The notes beneath the pieces are model-generated. The model did no database searches. It was given only the letters and a program-made list of their open reading frames with translations, and was not told the origin of the DNA. A stretch of DNA of 64,000 bases from Monocercomonoides exilis PA203. Lineage: Eukaryota > Protista > Preaxostyla. Both the position numbers and the translations under genes were made by a program. Of the stretch, positions 10,330 to 22,481 are shown one piece after another; the first letter of the stretch is position 1, and each line of letters begins with the position of its first letter. The stretch covers positions 1,426,001 through 1,490,000 of the forward strand of contig LSRY02000001.1 of the NCBI GenBank assembly GCA_001643675.2. Reading direction: 5' to 3'.

Positions 10330-12406
10330 TCAGAAACGCATAAATTCGTTATCTCCTTTTCCTTCTTCTCCTTTTCTCCATTCTTCTACATCTTCTACTT
10401 TTCCTAACTCCTCTAGCACAACCAGCGCAATCGCTGCTGGCAACAGAACCACATCTTCCATCCTCAGCCCCGCTGCCGACAGTCCCTTCTCCACAATCTC
10501 TCCCACTTCACACACCGCAATCCCTCGCCCCATCACTTCGTCGTCCAGCTTCACCACCAAATATTTTAAGTGAGACAATCGCTATATCTGCAACAACGGG
10601 TCAAATAGGTTGTAGATCGACGGGAACGCATTCACATCAGCCGCTGCAAAGATCCGCTTGCTCCCCGACTTCGTGCCCATCGACGCTGCAAGCGACGGAA
10701 GCGGAGCCACCAGCGGGACCGAAAGCATCGCCGAAAGCGCCACATCATTCGCACACACAACACCCCCAGACAGCTCAGCCCGCCGCGCCACATCAAATCC
10801 TTCGAAGCGTCAGTTGCTCCCTCAGTAACGACTATCTGTGATTTTCATACACCTCAGCCGCCTCTCGATGTCGTCCATCGCTGCTGCCGATGTGTATGAC
10901 GCCGCCACCTCCGATGCATTCGAAGGGTCAATCAAAGGTGCTGATGATGGCTGATCATCTCCTGCCGCCTTCTTCTCTTCGCTTCTCCGCCTCCTGAATG
11001 GCGAAGCTGACTGGCGTGCTGTTCCAGTTGAAGAAGAAGATGACGACGAAATAGCAGAGCGAATGAACGACTGCTGCTCTGCGACAAGCATAAGAAGCTT
11101 TCTTGATACCTCAACATACCAGGCGGCAGCTTCATTGGAGGAACAAACACAACATCTTAATTTGGATTATAAATTTCTTCATTCAATAAAAGCACTCTAT
11201 CTTCGAGAGACGTGAAGAGATGGAACAAAGTTTATTGAAAAGAAAAGTCGAAATGCAAAGAAGAAGAAGTATCTCTAGAACAATTGGAATAAGAATTAGA
11301 TGATGATGATAAAAATGATGAAAAAAGGAGAAGAATTTGAATAATTTGGAGAAGAAAAATAGGAAGAAAAAGAAAAAGAAGAAGAAGAAGAAGAAGAAGA
11401 AATAAATGAAGAAGAAGAATTGAAGAAGAAGAAGAAGAAGAAGAAATAAATGAAGAAGAAGAATTGAAGAAGAAGAAGAAGATGATGATGATGATTGAAG
11501 AAGAGAAGGAGAAGGAGAAGGTGAAGGTGAAGGTGAAGAAGAAGAAGAGGAAGAAATGATTGGATGTGGAGAGTTCAGAGATACACGCGGAGGAGTCGAA
11601 GGCTGAAGAAGGGCAGCGGTGATTGGATGAGTGCTTATGCTAATAGAAGGAGCCGAGGGAGAAGGAGAAGAAGAATTTGAAAAAGAAGAGGAAGAAAAAA
11701 GAGGAGGAGGAGAGGAAGAAGGCGATGACAATGACGATGACTGCGAGTTAGTCGGAATGAAATGCTGAGTTCAGAAATATGCAGCTGATCTAGGATTGTA
11801 TAGCGTATAAGCAACTGAAGGTAGCCGAACTGGATGTTCGTTGAAAGAAGAAATCGCTGATGCCTTCGGAAGCTTGCCTTCCGCTCTTTTCGCTTTCTGT
11901 GGCCTTGGCGGAAGCGAAGCCAGTGAACACGATGCTGACAGAGGCGAAGGATGCATAGGAATTGTGTGAGCAGAGGTAATGTTTTCGTCTGAACGCCTTT
12001 TGGAAACAGCCCCCTCGCGTTGCGTTGGCAGCTGGATTGTGAAAATTGGCAATGGAGGAATTCTTTTTATTTGCTCCTTTGAGAACTGAACGAAAGACTC
12101 TTGCTTGAGTTCATTCTCCTTCTTCGAAGTCGGAGATGCATCCTCAAGTTCGATTGTTTGCCTCACAACTGGATGGTTGAAATGCTTCCGGATATACCTT
12201 CTTTTCAATATCAACGGCAAAAGAGACAAGAGACACGAGCTTTCGAAGTGTATCGTTATCATTAGAACTAATTGGGTTCCAAACTTCGAGTTGGAGATGT
12301 TGAATCCGTCCAGCCCCACGCCACAGACAGCTGACATCACAGTATAAAAGCAATGACGGAATGAAAAGTCGCTTTCCCAAAATAAAAGGACAACTGCTGC
12401 AGCCAA
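10330..12406 (-). pseudogene. Fragmented IQCH-like (ATP-grasp-like) gene with poly-Ser insert
   Basis: Segments GTKSGSKRIFAAADV, LSAMLSVPLV and VVKLDDEVMGRGIA resemble the conserved IQCH core. In-frame TAG at 10582-10584, frameshifts between fragments, truncated at 10330. Confidence 0.6.
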
Positions 12407-15400
12407 AGCAATTATCTAAAATAACAATTTTTCCAAACAATATTTTGTCAAAAACACAGCACAGACGTCAAATGAATTAAAGCACACCAAAATCAATGAA
12501 AGATGCAAAACAAAATATGAGCGGTTTCTTTGAAAGCACTGCCAATTTTGCTTTGTTTTCTCTTTTCATTTTCCTGCGCAATGAACTTGTCCTCCACTTG
12601 AACAATCCGTTTCAACTCTTGATAATCCGGTATGTTGCGATTAGCAAACGATCATTCTGGCTCATGCACAATTTGATCCGCAAACAAAAAAGTTTGTACT
12701 CAAATTATTCGCATATGGGTTGTCTTCAAAAAAAAATCATTCCACAGTTGAAAAACGTTCGATAATACATTGGAATCATCAAAAATTATTATTTCTTTAA
12801 ATTTGAATTAGCAAATTTGAGATAGAGATTGATAATTCTGAGTTTACGAATATGTTGAATTAATAAAAAGGATAAAGATAAATATTTCTTTGAGAAAATG
12901 AAGGAAAACAATAATATCAATCTCTTCAATAAATAATAATAATAATAATAATAGAGTCTCAGTGTTAGAAAGAGTCATTTAATTAAATGAAATTGAAGGA
13001 AAAATAAAATTTATTCTTTGTTGTTGTTGATGGTGGTGGTTTTCAAAAAATAATTGATAAAATAATTTTCTAAAATGCTTGCACCCATATAGTCATATAA
13101 TGGAACAAAAGAAACGGATGATAACAACTTTTTTTATAGACCTTGGTAAAGTGAGAAAAAAAATTCGTCACGTCCGTCACCAGTTTTCCACTTCAAAAAA
13201 AAAATTAGATAAAATAAAATAAAAAATAAAGAAAAAAATAAATATATTAAGAAATTTACTAATTTTTTTTTTGAATTTTAACAGCTTCAATAGTGACTAA
13301 ATTACAATTTTAAGATACAAAAATATTTAATTTTTCTATTTTTCCCATTTTTACATAAATAATACATAAAGAAAAACTTTCTTTGAGATGCTTTATTCAT
13401 GTTTAAGATACTCAAAAGCAATGTGTAAGCATAATATCCTTATTTTTATTCTGAGATTTAATTTGGCTTCAACTTATTTTATCCAGATGGAAGAGCATTT
13501 AATATGAATAGCAAAATGGTCATGTTTTCAAGATCCAAGTCAAAGAAAAAATGAAAGGAAAATTAATAATAGGAAGAATGCAATGGTTTGAAAACGATAT
13601 TGAATTATTCCTTTTATGAAGGCAAACATTTCTTTGGTTTTTTGTTAAAAAGTGATTTTCTGAGTTTGAAACCTGATATGAGAAAAACTATAATAGAAAT
13701 ACTTCAAATGGGGGATAATTTGGATTTTCAAGCTTTTTTTGCATAAAGCATGGAAAAATTGTTTCACTTTTAACATTTTTAAACTGAACCAGATTTCAAA
13801 ATAAATTTGATTTTCATATCTGTAAACAAACATCATTGAAATAATTACAAAATGTTTTGTGACCTCACATGTATTTCAAAAAATAAACCCATTTTCTTTA
13901 AATTATTTGATCACAAAAAGATTATTGTATGTGCATAATTTTTCAATGAAAATGCCTGAAGACAAATATTTTGTCCCATTTGTTGTTATTTTTTTTTTTT
14001 TTTGGATAATATTTTCTCCATACAGAAGATTGGAAAAAATGATTTTTTGAAGATGAAAAGATGAAAGAATATAAGAAAAGAAAACAAAATGTTTCATAAA
14101 ATGAATACCAAATTGTTAAAAGATGAAACAAGTCAAGTGAATTATTTTCAATTTGCATGCCTTGTCTTTTAAAAGTGGAATTATGCATAGAAGAAAAAGA
14201 GCAGGCTCAGAAGGAAGTTAAAATAGCGTTTCTGGCTTAGAATTGCATTTTTTTCCACTTTCAATGTGAACATTTTTATTTCCACTTTTGTTTTCTTTGA
14301 TATTTTATTTATCTTTATATCTAGGAACAAGGCAAAGGAATTCATTTGAATACAATCAAAGAGATTACACATTATCAGCAAGAGTATCATAACCGAACCA
14401 AACAAGCCAATCAATCTGCTTGTTATATCTTGATTACGGGATAATACAGTGAAGAAAGCTAAGAAAACGTTGTGTTAATGAGCAACATTTTATGAGAGAA
14501 GTCAAAAGAGAATTGAAAGATGTCGAGGTTTGTGGATTTGGAGAGAGAGAAAGAAGAGAAAAGAGGAATAGAAATATTAGATGAACAAATGATCTGGAAA
14601 TGGTTCAAATTATCACGTTCTGATTAATAATAACGGAGAAAAAAGCAAAAGAAGCAAAAAACATTCAAAAAAGCAACAAGAAACGGAGTTGCACTTTTCG
14701 GTATCTTGTTGAATGGAAGAGCCTTTAATGTTATTGTTGAAAAGATTCAGTTCGAACATTGACAGTTAGGATGACATATGAATGTTTGAAATATTTCATT
14801 AAAGGTTTTCAGAGGCTGTTAGAAAAAGAGGAAAGATGAAATGGAAGAAGTGAAAAGAAAAGAATAGAAAAAGAAAAGTGTAAGATAAGATGGAGAAAGA
14901 AGATTTGAGAATGTCTTCACATGTATTTCGTGCTTAGTACTAATTTTCTTGTTCAATTTTTTGAATTCACAGGAATTGAGTATTGATTTTTATTTTCTGA
15001 ATATTTAAAAAAACAAAGAGCTCATATTTAATTTTCGAGAAGTTCCAATATTCCAATTTTTCTTTTCTCGTCATTTCTTTAAGTCGAGAACTGAAAATCT
15101 GTTGAAGTTTTTTTCGTAAACATATCTTTTTTATTCATTTGCAATGAAGCGAAATTATTACATTTAAACGAAGTGTATAAATTATAGAATCAAATGAGAT
15201 GTTGCGAATTATTTCAAATTATAGATAATACTTGTGTTTCTGTAATTTTCTTTATTTTTTCTTCACTTATCTTCTTCATATTATAAGTCCACATAAACAA
15301 CTTCAAAGAAAAATCAAAATGCAATGCTGTTTCACAACAAAACTTCAAAAATGCATTTTTTTCAGATAATGGCTTTCTTTATCAATCACATTATCTGATT

Positions 15401-17127
15401 TTATTTCTTTTTCGAATGGATGTAGTGAAATTATTTGCATAAAGCGATTTTTTCTCAATTTCATAAGAGAACAATCGCATAATGTGACGGAAACTTATGA
15501 ACAGTGGAAAACTGAGAAAAGGAAAAAGAGGAAAACATTGATTCATATAAAGAAACAAATGTAAAAGCAAATGCTTTATCAATCAAATCTTTTTTGCTTA
15601 TTTTTCTGAAACAAACTTCACCAGTGATAAAGTTGTGATTGATGCTTTTCATGTTCTTCAACAAATTTCTTTCATAAAATGTAAATTCAAATAATTAAAC
15701 TATTTCACAGCAATGAACTCTAATCATTAATTTCAAGATATATTTCTTTTTTCAATCTTTATTGAAACTGACTGCAGACCCAAAAATCCTGCTTCTGTTC
15801 CTCCAGCTCGCATGGAATGCCTTTTATTCCGCAAAAAGACAAGGTCAGCAGCGCTGATGTTCAACTTTCATTATTCATTCAGAACTCTTTTTTTTTTTTT
15901 TTTTTTTTACAAAATTCAATAGGATTTGAAGCTGAAAAATGTTCTCAGTTCGCATTGTGTGGTTCCTCATGAGCAACTTGTGCACCATCTCAAGTTACTG
16001 TGAAAACCATCTTTCACATCTTGCAGGCACTCATGTCTTGTTCAACCCATCAATACAATCAATTGAGCCAAAACCACCTCATAAAGCATCTCATTATTCT
16101 TTTGGCTCAACAGAGACATTCGGTTCTCGCTTTAGTGCTTCTTGAGAGTTTCACGTCGCTTCTCTATCTATCTTTATTGTTATTTCTTCTTCGATCTCTT
16201 TCTAATCAACTTCAGGTATTAATGAAAGCGAAGTGAAGGATAAAAAACTATCATTTCTTGTTGTTGATGAATCAAAATCAGAAATCGAGTTTGATGCATA
16301 TGTTTAAGTCAAAAATTGAAATTTAATTGTTTCGTATGTTTCAATTGAAGCGTTCAAAGCAACGGCGCCTTAAAGGAGTGCTTTTAATTGCTGCAAAAAT
16401 CTCATTGCTATCAACTTTATTCCTTTTAAGATGAAAAATGGAAAAATTTTCATTACAAGAAGAAGATTTCTCATGAATATAAAATTTCAAGAAAATACAC
16501 TTTGGATTAAATAAGAATTTGAGCTGAATGAAGAAGAAAATGATGATGAAATCCAAAAATATTGTTAACTTTTTATCCCATTTGATGACGGGAATTATTT
16601 TTCTCATTTCATTATAAACTTGAACGAAATTTTCCATTTCTTCTGTTTTCTTTAACCAAGAGCAACTTTCGAAAAGCTGCCATTTCAAATACGAAATGAA
16701 ATAGTCTCCTTCCACATGGCCATCCAATAAGAAATCGAATTATTGACCTCATAAGCATTGAATAACGATCAGAAAAATGAATAACGCACATTTTCCATTT
16801 AATATACTCTTTAAGTTGCTTTTCCTCAATGATCCACATAAACAATTTTTTGTTTCTATGAAACGATTTTCTTAAAAAAAAAACACATCTATTTTCATTC
16901 GGTTTCGTCAATATTAAACAATCATAATCATTCTCATGTCATCCTATTTTTTTCACTTCAATTCGTCGTTTTTTAATTTATGGTTAATTGTTCAATTTAT
17001 ATTAATTAACATGTTTTAGAATAAAACATCTATTTAATTAAGCAGACACATCTCATTCGAAAATAATATTTTTAAAAGAAAAAAATTGATAAAAATGAAG
17101 CGAAAAACATGAAAAAGCAAACACGAT

Positions 17128-19826
17128 TTAAATATGAAGTATTGCTTCAAGCGTCTGAATATTGAATGAATATCTTTGATCTCCGATAATATTTTTCATC
17201 CTGGAAATGATCCGTTCACAACTGACTTCACTACAGGGAGAAACAATTAATGAAAGGCACAATCCTGAATAAACAGTTTGAATATCTCCATATGCTGTCA
17301 ACACTCGATAATAAATTTCAGGATCGTTTTCGTATAAATCTTTAGGTTTAGATCTCATCTGTCTTTCAAATAACAGTCTGCAGCCTTCAGAATATTCTTT
17401 TTCCATTCCTCCTATGACTGTTTTTGAATATTTTGCAAAATATGCATCAAGCCTTGGAAACAAATCGACAAATAATGCATTTTCAATTTGTTTGATACTC
17501 TGGATTTCCTTTTCTTCATTGTATTCAGTTACAATAGTAAATTTGCTTGTGGAAAAAAAATCTTCAATTTCCACATTTTTTTCTCCTTCGATTCCTGAAT
17601 GAAGTCCTTCAATTTTCCTATAATCTTCACTATGGATGTCATCTTCCATATTAATGATTTGATTCTTCTGGCAATCATCAAGATCTGTATCAATATCCAT
17701 CATTTCCCCATGTGATGTATTCATTGTTTCTTGTATAGTCATGCATGATGAGAAAGTTGAATCATGATCAATAATTGATAGCATCGAGGAAGAGGAAAAA
17801 GATACATTTGATGAAACGTCAGTCGTTGAATATTGTTCATTTTCTTTTTCGAATTGTGTTTGACTTGAATTGCACTGTCCAAACAAAAAATCACACATAT
17901 CATCAGCAGAATTTTCTTCAGCTTCCAATAATCCATAATCATCGCTTTCGTTATCATCTTCATCGCTATCAAATATTTTTTCATTTCTCTTCTCATTTTT
18001 TTCTTGATCATCTTCTTCTAATTGTTTTATTAATGAAAGGATATCTTGCAATTCGTTTTTTCCTTCTAATAATATGAAAAGAATCAAAATAATATTTATC
18101 ATTATTAGAAAAAAGTGTTATCAAACCTGTATGAGTTTTTGATTTGTTCAAAAATACATACGGGAATTGGCATTCATCATCTATCCTGTAAAAAAACAAA
18201 ATATAAAAAAACAATGAGAAAAAAATTAAAAGAAGAAGAAATATAAAAACAAAAATAACTCATTTGTGTGAAAATCGACAGGATACGGTTTAGGATGAAA
18301 TAAAGATGATGCAATCTATCTGGATTCTGAAGAATAAGTTGAGGAAGATTGGATAGATGTTTCTGTTTCTTTTTCTAAAAATGAAGAAGTTGAAAATTTC
18401 CTGAGAGGAAAGAGTTGTTTTCGAACAAGTTGAACAGCGTTTGGCGTCACAGCATATGAAAGCACTATGTACTCTCCACGCGTTCCAACTAAAAAATAAT
18501 TATACATCAATATTAAAGCGTTAGTGATAGAATTTCTCCATTTATCTTCTCTAAAAGGATCTTGCTTTAATAAATAGAAAAAAAACTCAAAAACTTTTAA
18601 CAAAATAGGGAAAACATGGCTCAACTTGGTGTTATCATTTTCAAAGTGCATATGAAGCAAATGAAAAGGGAGTAAAAATGCTTCTGCTTTGATGATATCC
18701 ACAAGGCTATTCGTGTCTATTAAATTTTCCTTTTGAATGATTTGATTTTTCTTTCTGATGAATGTAGAAATGTTAAACAGAGAAAGCCATCTTGTTGAGA
18801 CAAAAGTGGGCGCATGCTTCTTCAGAAGGTTTTTCATTCACCGAGTATGGGCCTTCTGAGAAAAATTCAGCATTCTTAATTTGAGATCACATAGAAATGG
18901 GATTTTGGAAAATAAATTAGTGATTATCAAATTTGTCAAGTGATTGCAGCAATAAACATGAAAGGGAATAAATGAAGGATGTTTCTCAACAGGTGTCTTT
19001 TCAATGCTGAATTGTATAGATAAATTCTCAATGGCTCTTTTCTGAGATGACAATCCATCGGTGCAAAAACTCCTGATAACTGTATTGAACTGAGATAATT
19101 CTATAATTAAACTTTTATCAAGTGACTCATATTCGTTTGAAGTTCCACATGGAGGAAATAATCCCCAAAACATGGGCTTGCTGTCCAATGATAATTTTGA
19201 TATTGTCACAACAGTAATTTTTCGATTACCAACACATGCACCATCCAACATTAAACTCACTCCATTGTTCCTAATGCTTGACTGTTTTTCCTTTACGATT
19301 TTTGTTTTTTCTTTGAGCACCATGTGTGTAATTTTCTTTCGAGTCAAATATGTGTATATTGATGTTGATGAAAGCGAAGGACAATTTTGGCCAGCTCTTA
19401 TTAGTGAAGAATAAAATTATTCATTTCTTTCGAAGAAGATGATAAAAACGAAAAATTGCATCGACATATCATAGAAATAAACTGTTTTTGTAATTCTTGA
19501 ACATCAAAAGGGCCATCAATTTTAGAAAACAATTTTGTATCATTGAAAGATAAATCTTGATCACGAATCTTTTTGCATCGCGCAATGCTTTTGTATTTCA
19601 TCAATTCACAGTCGTGTTTTGCAACCACAGAATAACTTCTTCTACAAGATATCCCGCAAGCAAATCCATCCTTTGCATTTGGACATAGATAATATTTGTG
19701 ACAATCCTTTTTTGGAATTCCGTTTTCGTCAACAAGAGAATAAGTTATCCACAATGATTCGCCAATAACTTCAAACGAAAGTCGAGAAAGAAATTCATTT
19801 TTTTCCGAGGATGATCATACACTCAT
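17128..19826 (-). pseudogene. hAT transposase, disrupted
   Basis: Cys/His-rich N-terminus; SLMLDG (first D), FCTDG (second D), CCNH (CxxH), STRWLS, and C-terminal SPCSEVSCERIISRMK (catalytic E / dimerisation region). Frameshift near 19400, in-frame TGA at 18838, stop at 18316, probable intron ~18186-18258. Start position approximate. Confidence 0.88.
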
Positions 19827-20116
19827 TATAAAGAAAAACACAAAAAAATTAAATACCTTGAAAATCATAAAAAAGTTAACAAACCTTGTCCAAATTTTGT
19901 TTCACAGTGTTTATGTAATTTCACAAATTGACAATCTGTGTCACGCATTTTCTTTTTTTCCTTTTCGTAAATGTCTTTCAAACAAATAAAATGGTGACCC
20001 TTATGTGAGAAATGTTGTGAGATTTGAGCAAACTATAAAAACGTTTCTTAAACACTCTTGTAATTCCTTTGGTAAGTTTTCATTTTCCAGGTCTTCTTCC
20101 AACTCTAACATTTATT

Positions 20117-20393
20117 GTGACTTGACGTGACGTCAATGACTTCAGTTACGTTTCAAAATTCCGATTTTGGCTTTTGCGTCAGAAAAAAATAATTATGTTT
20201 GATTTGATAAAATATATTTTCAAAATTAAATTTGTAATTATTTTTAAAAAACAAACAGTGTTTTTGAAAAATTTAAAATTTTAAAGAATCACTTTAGTTA
20301 TTCAATGATTATTTCTTATGACGTGAAAATTTGCATCACGTACGTCAAAAATCGAAAAGTGCACGTCAGAAGTCACCACGTCACCCCGGGCTA
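20117..20393. repeat. hAT subterminal motif array plus terminal inverted repeat
   Basis: Clustered tgacgt/acgtca/gtgac motifs (e.g. gtgacttgacgtgacgtcaatgac; cacgtcagaagtcaccacgtcacc) in otherwise CpG-poor DNA, ending in gggcta. Confidence 0.75.
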
Positions 20394-20683
20394 GGCGTCC
20401 ACAAAGCAAACTGTTTTTCATATTACGCGAAAACAAAGCAAAATCTTGCAAAGAAGAAATCGATGATTAAAAGAATGATACACAGCTCTGAAAAATATAA
20501 GCACTCATTTCATTCTCCTATGCATCTATTCAAGTATCACAAAACACAATAGCGCAGTAGGTTTTATTATCTATTTATGCAATAATTGTATTTTTGATTT
20601 CAAAAATTTCTCCAAATAAAATGTTTATATTTTAATGTTTCACATTCATTTTGATATTTTTATATTTTATTTAAACCAAAAGT

Positions 20684-20714
<31 letters not shown>

Positions 20715-20772
20715 CGAAGTGGAAAATTGGTGACGGACGTGACGAATTTTTTCTTCACGTCACCCAGGGCTA
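20715..20772. mobile_element. Extra hAT terminus, inverted copy of the 13137-13194 end
   Basis: Reverse complement tagccctgggtgacgtgaagaaaaaattcgtcacgtccgtcaccaattttccacttc aligns over ~58 bp with 13137-13194. Its last 17 bp match the 20393 end with one mismatch. Confidence 0.85.
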
Positions 20773-20871
20773 GTGTGGTTAAATGCCATGTGAAGATTTT
20801 AACCATGAATTTGGTTCATGAAATTTTCAGTTTTGAAAAAGGATTGATCATACCCTTTTTAACTATTGAAA

Positions 20872-22097
20872 ATGGCAGCGATAGATCGTGCTATAAGAGA
20901 AGCAGGAAAAGGCATTTACAGGTCAAATCCAACAATTCCAACAAAATCAACTTTTGTTGCTGATGGAAAACTTACGCCAGCTGAATTTGTTGCAGCTGGT
21001 TTGCTCTTTTTTCTTTTTAATTTGATGTCATTTTATTGTGAATATTAATTTATTCAGGTGAACTTCTTCGTTCTAAATGTCCACAATGGCATTGGTATTG
21101 CTTATTTTATTTTTAATACTTTGTTTCATTATAATTATACAAATAATATTTGCTGTTTGTTTTCAGGTGTACTGGAGATAAAGATCGGATGCAAAAATGG
21201 CTTCCAGAGGACAAACAATTTTTAGAATTGAAAGGAATTCCATGCAGGATGAGAGCTGCTGATTTGATGGGTGGAAGTCCAGAAAAACTTGTTGGAAGTG
21301 GAGATGATGAATGGGTAGAAACTGGAGATGGTTTGTTAAAGAGTTTTCACTAAAGAGTTAAATTATTGTTAATCGTCATTATTAATTATAAAGATATTGC
21401 GAGCAAAGGATCGGAACAGACATCCTCATCTGCTTCTCCTTCTGAAGGAGATGATGAAGATGATGATTATATGGATTTTTCAGATGAAAGCGTTTGCCTA
21501 TTCAAAATTTATTAACTAACTCCCTTTCACGCGTTTTCGTGATAATATTTATATTTATATTTTTATGAAATTTATTCTCGAAATCTAAAGTCTGCGCCAA
21601 CATCAACAAGCACAGGCTTCAGAACATATGACGCAACAATCGTGTACGATATTTACTATAATTCACCTCGTTTGTTCTTAAAGGGATATGCAGAAGATGG
21701 AACATCTTTACTTACAAAAGAGCAAATCTTGGAAGATATGAGCGAGGTTTTCAATTTTTATCATAATATCTAAGAATTTAAAAATCATTCTCAAAAATTA
21801 TTGGATCTCTTGCGTCGTAATAATGATTACACAATTTTTATTTTGCAATTATTTATTGATTGCTATAAATAGGAGCATGCAAGGAAAACTGCAACAGTTG
21901 AAACACATCCACATTTGGGGGTACCAACTGCATCAATCCATCCATGCAAGCATGCCTTGACCATGAAAGCTATGGTAGAGCACGAAATGGAAGAAGGACG
22001 GCAAGTTCGCCCAGAGCAATACTTCTTCTACTTTTTGAAGTTTGTCTCCTCAGCCATCCCCACAATTGAAATTGCAGGTGCAGGTTTGAATTTCTAA
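20872..22097 (+). CDS. ATG3: Autophagy E2-like conjugating enzyme Atg3 (5 introns)
   Basis: GKLTPAEFVAAG, KCPQWHW, LPEDKQFL, RTYDATIVYDIYYNSPRLFL, catalytic SIHPCKHA, FLKFVSSAIPTIE. GT-AG introns restore the frame. Confidence 0.96.
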
Positions 22098-22481
22098 AAT
22101 AAAATTTAAAAGTGATTATATTTTCCATTTCGAATTGTTTTTATGAAATTGTTATTTTTTCAGTTGAAACCGAGTAAAGCTTTTTTGTCTTTGAACAGAC
22201 GAAATATTTTGCAGCTTATTCTTTTTCCACTCGCTACACCTTTTTTATTATATAAATAAATACACCGTTTATGTTTGAGAAAATCTTGCGATTATTATTA
22301 GGATGAGATATTTAGTGATATCACCATTGAACTTTATTTATCAAAAAGAAATGAAAATATTCTAGGTAAAGGTTACAATGATCTTTTTATCTTTCTTGTA
22401 TTATTCAGGGTGAATTTCTTGATATTTCGGGGCCATTTTTGGGATTAAAAAATTACCTGTTTAATTTTTTGTTGAATGTTT

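Larger units (their letters stand above)
13137..20393 (-). mobile_element. hAT-superfamily DNA transposon (~7.3 kb), decayed, with additional internal ORF remnants
   Basis: Degenerate left end tagaccttggtaaagtg at 13137; right end cacgtcaccccgggcta at 20377-20393; many (T)GACGT/CACGTCA subterminal motifs; hAT transposase inside. No TSD found. Confidence 0.7.
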
